Assembly: GCA_964386275.1 (NCBI GenBank)
Contig: CAYLSY010000001.1
Span: 1-29,235 of the forward strand
DNA: 29,235 bases
Origin: an uncultured Hyphomicrobiales bacterium
GTDB taxonomy: Bacteria; Bacteroidota; Ignavibacteria; Kapaibacteriales; UBA2268
Direction of reading: 5' to 3'
Shown here: positions 28,501-29,235 of the stretch, piece after piece
Layout of the letters: each line of letters begins with the position of its first letter
Position numbering within the stretch: position 1 is the first letter of the stretch
Position numbers and translations under genes: made by a program
Notes under the pieces: generated by a model
Seen by the model: only the letters and a program-made list of their open reading frames with translations
Told to the model about the DNA's origin: nothing
Databases searched by the model: none

Positions 28501-29172
28501 TTGAGCGCCGGCAGAAATATTGGTAGTAAATGTTCCTGCCGGGTTTTGAAATTGCAGTTGCCGAGCAATTCCGGCATTGCTTAATATAGATAAATTACCG
28601 CTAATTGAAGAATTACCCGTAACCGATGCACCTCCGGCGATAACGTTCAATCCACCTGCTGTTACGCTGACACCGCCGGAAGTTACGCTGACACCGCCAG
28701 CCGCTACTGTAAGCTTATTTGCAAGGTTGAGTCCGCCGTTAGGAAGAAAGTCAGTCCCAGCATCGCCAATATTAAAAACAAGGTGATTAGCCATATCAAT
28801 ATTACCGGTCATTGTTCCGCCAGATAAAGGCAGGAACAAACCATCGTCGCTTGCCGCAATTTTAAACCACGAGCCACCGATTCGAAAGTAGAAACCGGCT
28901 GTGTAGCTGCCTGATGCATCTGTTTGATACACGAGCAGCCCTTCAGCAGGCGAAACGATTGCAATGCGTTGGGCATAGGTCATTCTTGGGGCAAGAAATC
29001 CCATTGTTGTCGACTCAAGATGTAAAATTGCTGATTGGTCAGGGGTTAATGTGCCTATTCCAACATTGTCGGTCTGGGAAATCATAGGCAGAGCCGATAG
29101 AATGAATAACAGGCTAACCCATATTTCTAAATTAAATTTTTTTCTATTTATTATTGAGTTGGCTACTGTCAT
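25507..29172 (-). CDS. Secreted ~1220-aa trimeric tail-fibre-like adhesin with C-terminal C1q-like head
   Basis: ATG at 29172 with GGAG 6 nt upstream is preferred over TTG 29184. Signal peptide ends PMIS-Q. N-terminus NVGIGT..P..SAILHLEST..GFLAPRMT..QR.AI.SPAEGLLVYQTD is followed by many fibre-type motifs and a C-terminal jelly-roll motif set. Confidence 0.85.
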   Translation of the reverse strand: MTVANSIINRKKFNLEIWVSLLFILSALPMISQTDNVGIGTLTPDQSAILHLESTTMGFLAPRMTYAQRIAIVSPAEGLLVYQTDASGSYTAGFYFRIGGSWFKIAASDDGLFLPLSGGTMTGNIDMANHLVFNIGDAGTDFLPNGGLNLANKLTVAAGGVSVTSGGVSVTAGGLNVIAGGASVTGNSSISGNLSILSNAGIARQLQFQNPAGTFTTNISAGAQSAYIDWTLPIAQGAANSLLMNNGSGVLSWTNSLTNVTVPFSQITDGTNTANLLVQGSLAPTGAGYIQANRFVGSGSASDAVDLATAEVSGVLPVANGGTNLSTTPTNGQLLIGNGTNYTLATLTGTANQVNVANAAGSITLSTPQDIAATSSPTFSSLNIINKATSASTGVGDGPTTLTTKDYVDQNASNISSSPLITFSTAANLSNNRVLVEGNGISFTDAGSDDGNLTIDVDFAGSGAANTASRSDHTHALLTRGTGLTGSNYDGSAATTWDVAYGTSSGSAVEGNQTATITAGTGLSGGIAADALGDGFSATLNLANTAVSAGSYGSATEVATFTVDEQGRLTAAGNTTITGVSPVGSALNSGNILVGDASNLAASVSMSGEATISNAGVVTLSNSAVIGKILTGFITSTGDITATDNILDAFGKLQGSVDALELESHPAVTLGTANGLSLDVQELSLGLASATTTGALSSDDWNTFNNKLDALTTGNLEETNSSVLTITGGEGSVIGTGVTIEVAQAGNASAGYLSSDDWNLFNEKADTSGAPVMNQVTFWSSNHQITGSPNLIWENASNSFMVLGNLSVYNENATGGVSFLSDPSMADTYTYTLPITQGDSGQVLSTSGLSGFLSWVDVALPSGAEEQTLRHDGTGWVASDLLINDGTNIGIGETSPVNLLDVAGGVVIGSGYAGSVTAPDDGLFVEGRVGLGVTTFDDDSINVEMLGDVRINGDLIVTGTIDPIAIFMVPLENEPADPVPGMIYYSSTERRMKIRGNDDWETITTEANSGGGGSAWLLGGNEITESDFLGSSEPTNTNPLVFKIKGEEQVIIHAEEGSEGIVDLKHQSRVRAYLNTEQSIPINTWTKVNFNVENFDEQEEFDITTSRFTAKQAGYYQVNSRVEFNLSGSGTASANRFCSIAIYSNSDNTETYYSYGNNLALNESGSSQTPLIPTNNAPVISDIIYLNAGEWLEVRVFHLWTSVQSLVTGKAKTYVSIHKLS
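25510..25980 (-). other. C1q/TNF-like globular head domain of the fibre protein
   Basis: SRVRAY...SIP.NTWTKVNF.VENFD.Q.EFD.TTSRFTAKQAGYYQV...V is typical of gC1q/BclA-like domains. Confidence 0.8.
26897..27087. repeat. Exact 20-bp direct repeat TTCCAGTCATCGCTCGAAAG (26897-26916, 27068-27087) encoding LSSDDWN twice
   Basis: Read directly; copies are 171 bp (57 codons) apart, in frame. Confidence 0.9.
28661..28698. repeat. 21-bp-period tandem repeat (GTTACGCTGACACCGCC x2) encoding GGVSVT heptads
   Basis: Exact 17-mers at 28661-28677 and 28682-28698. The protein reads AAGGVSVTSGGVSVTAGGLNVIAGGASVT. Confidence 0.9.
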
Positions 29173-29235
29173 TACAAGCTCCAATTTTTTTTATTATATT
29201 AATATTACCTTAAATATTATCTTAGCAAGATTGCA

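Noticed and set aside
25507-29172. Prophage tail gene or peptidase S74 autochaperone
   Set aside because: It has a signal peptide, no phage structural or lysis genes are nearby, and the C-terminus is C1q-like with no S74 motif.
1-29235. CRISPR array, IS element, rRNA or diversity-generating retroelement
   Set aside because: No regularly spaced repeats, transposase, rRNA-like sequence, reverse transcriptase or template/variable repeat pair was seen.

Overview
The window looks like FCB-group DNA (Kapabacteria/Ignavibacteria-like is an inference from the T9SS-type C-terminal domain, the GEVED domain and Gln at +1 of the signal peptides). Left part (1-7138): a degenerate tyrosine-integrase C-terminus pointing at the 3' end of tRNA-Asn(GTT), then a plus-strand xseA / RND adaptor / RND permease / TolC-like operon. 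Right part (7141-29172): a 22-kb minus-strand locus of five Sec-exported proteins with a lone DUF2442 gene inside it. In transcription order these are: a ~1220-aa phage-tail-fibre-like protein with a C1q head; a 3997-aa protein of six repeated cap / beta-solenoid / connector units with an inserted GEVED domain; a 736-aa protein that is one circularly permuted unit; a 717-aa paralogue whose cap is replaced by an LEGPY/dockerin-like module; and a 431-aa protein that is the only one with a T9SS-like CTD. My main hypothesis (inference, untested) is that the locus encodes a modular surface filament in tip-to-base order: trimeric adhesin tip, giant pre-fused shaft, head-to-tail polymerising subunit, dockerin-like chain terminator and a CTD-anchored partner. 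No database searches or structure predictions were run; domain calls come from motif recognition, and GC values are hand counts.
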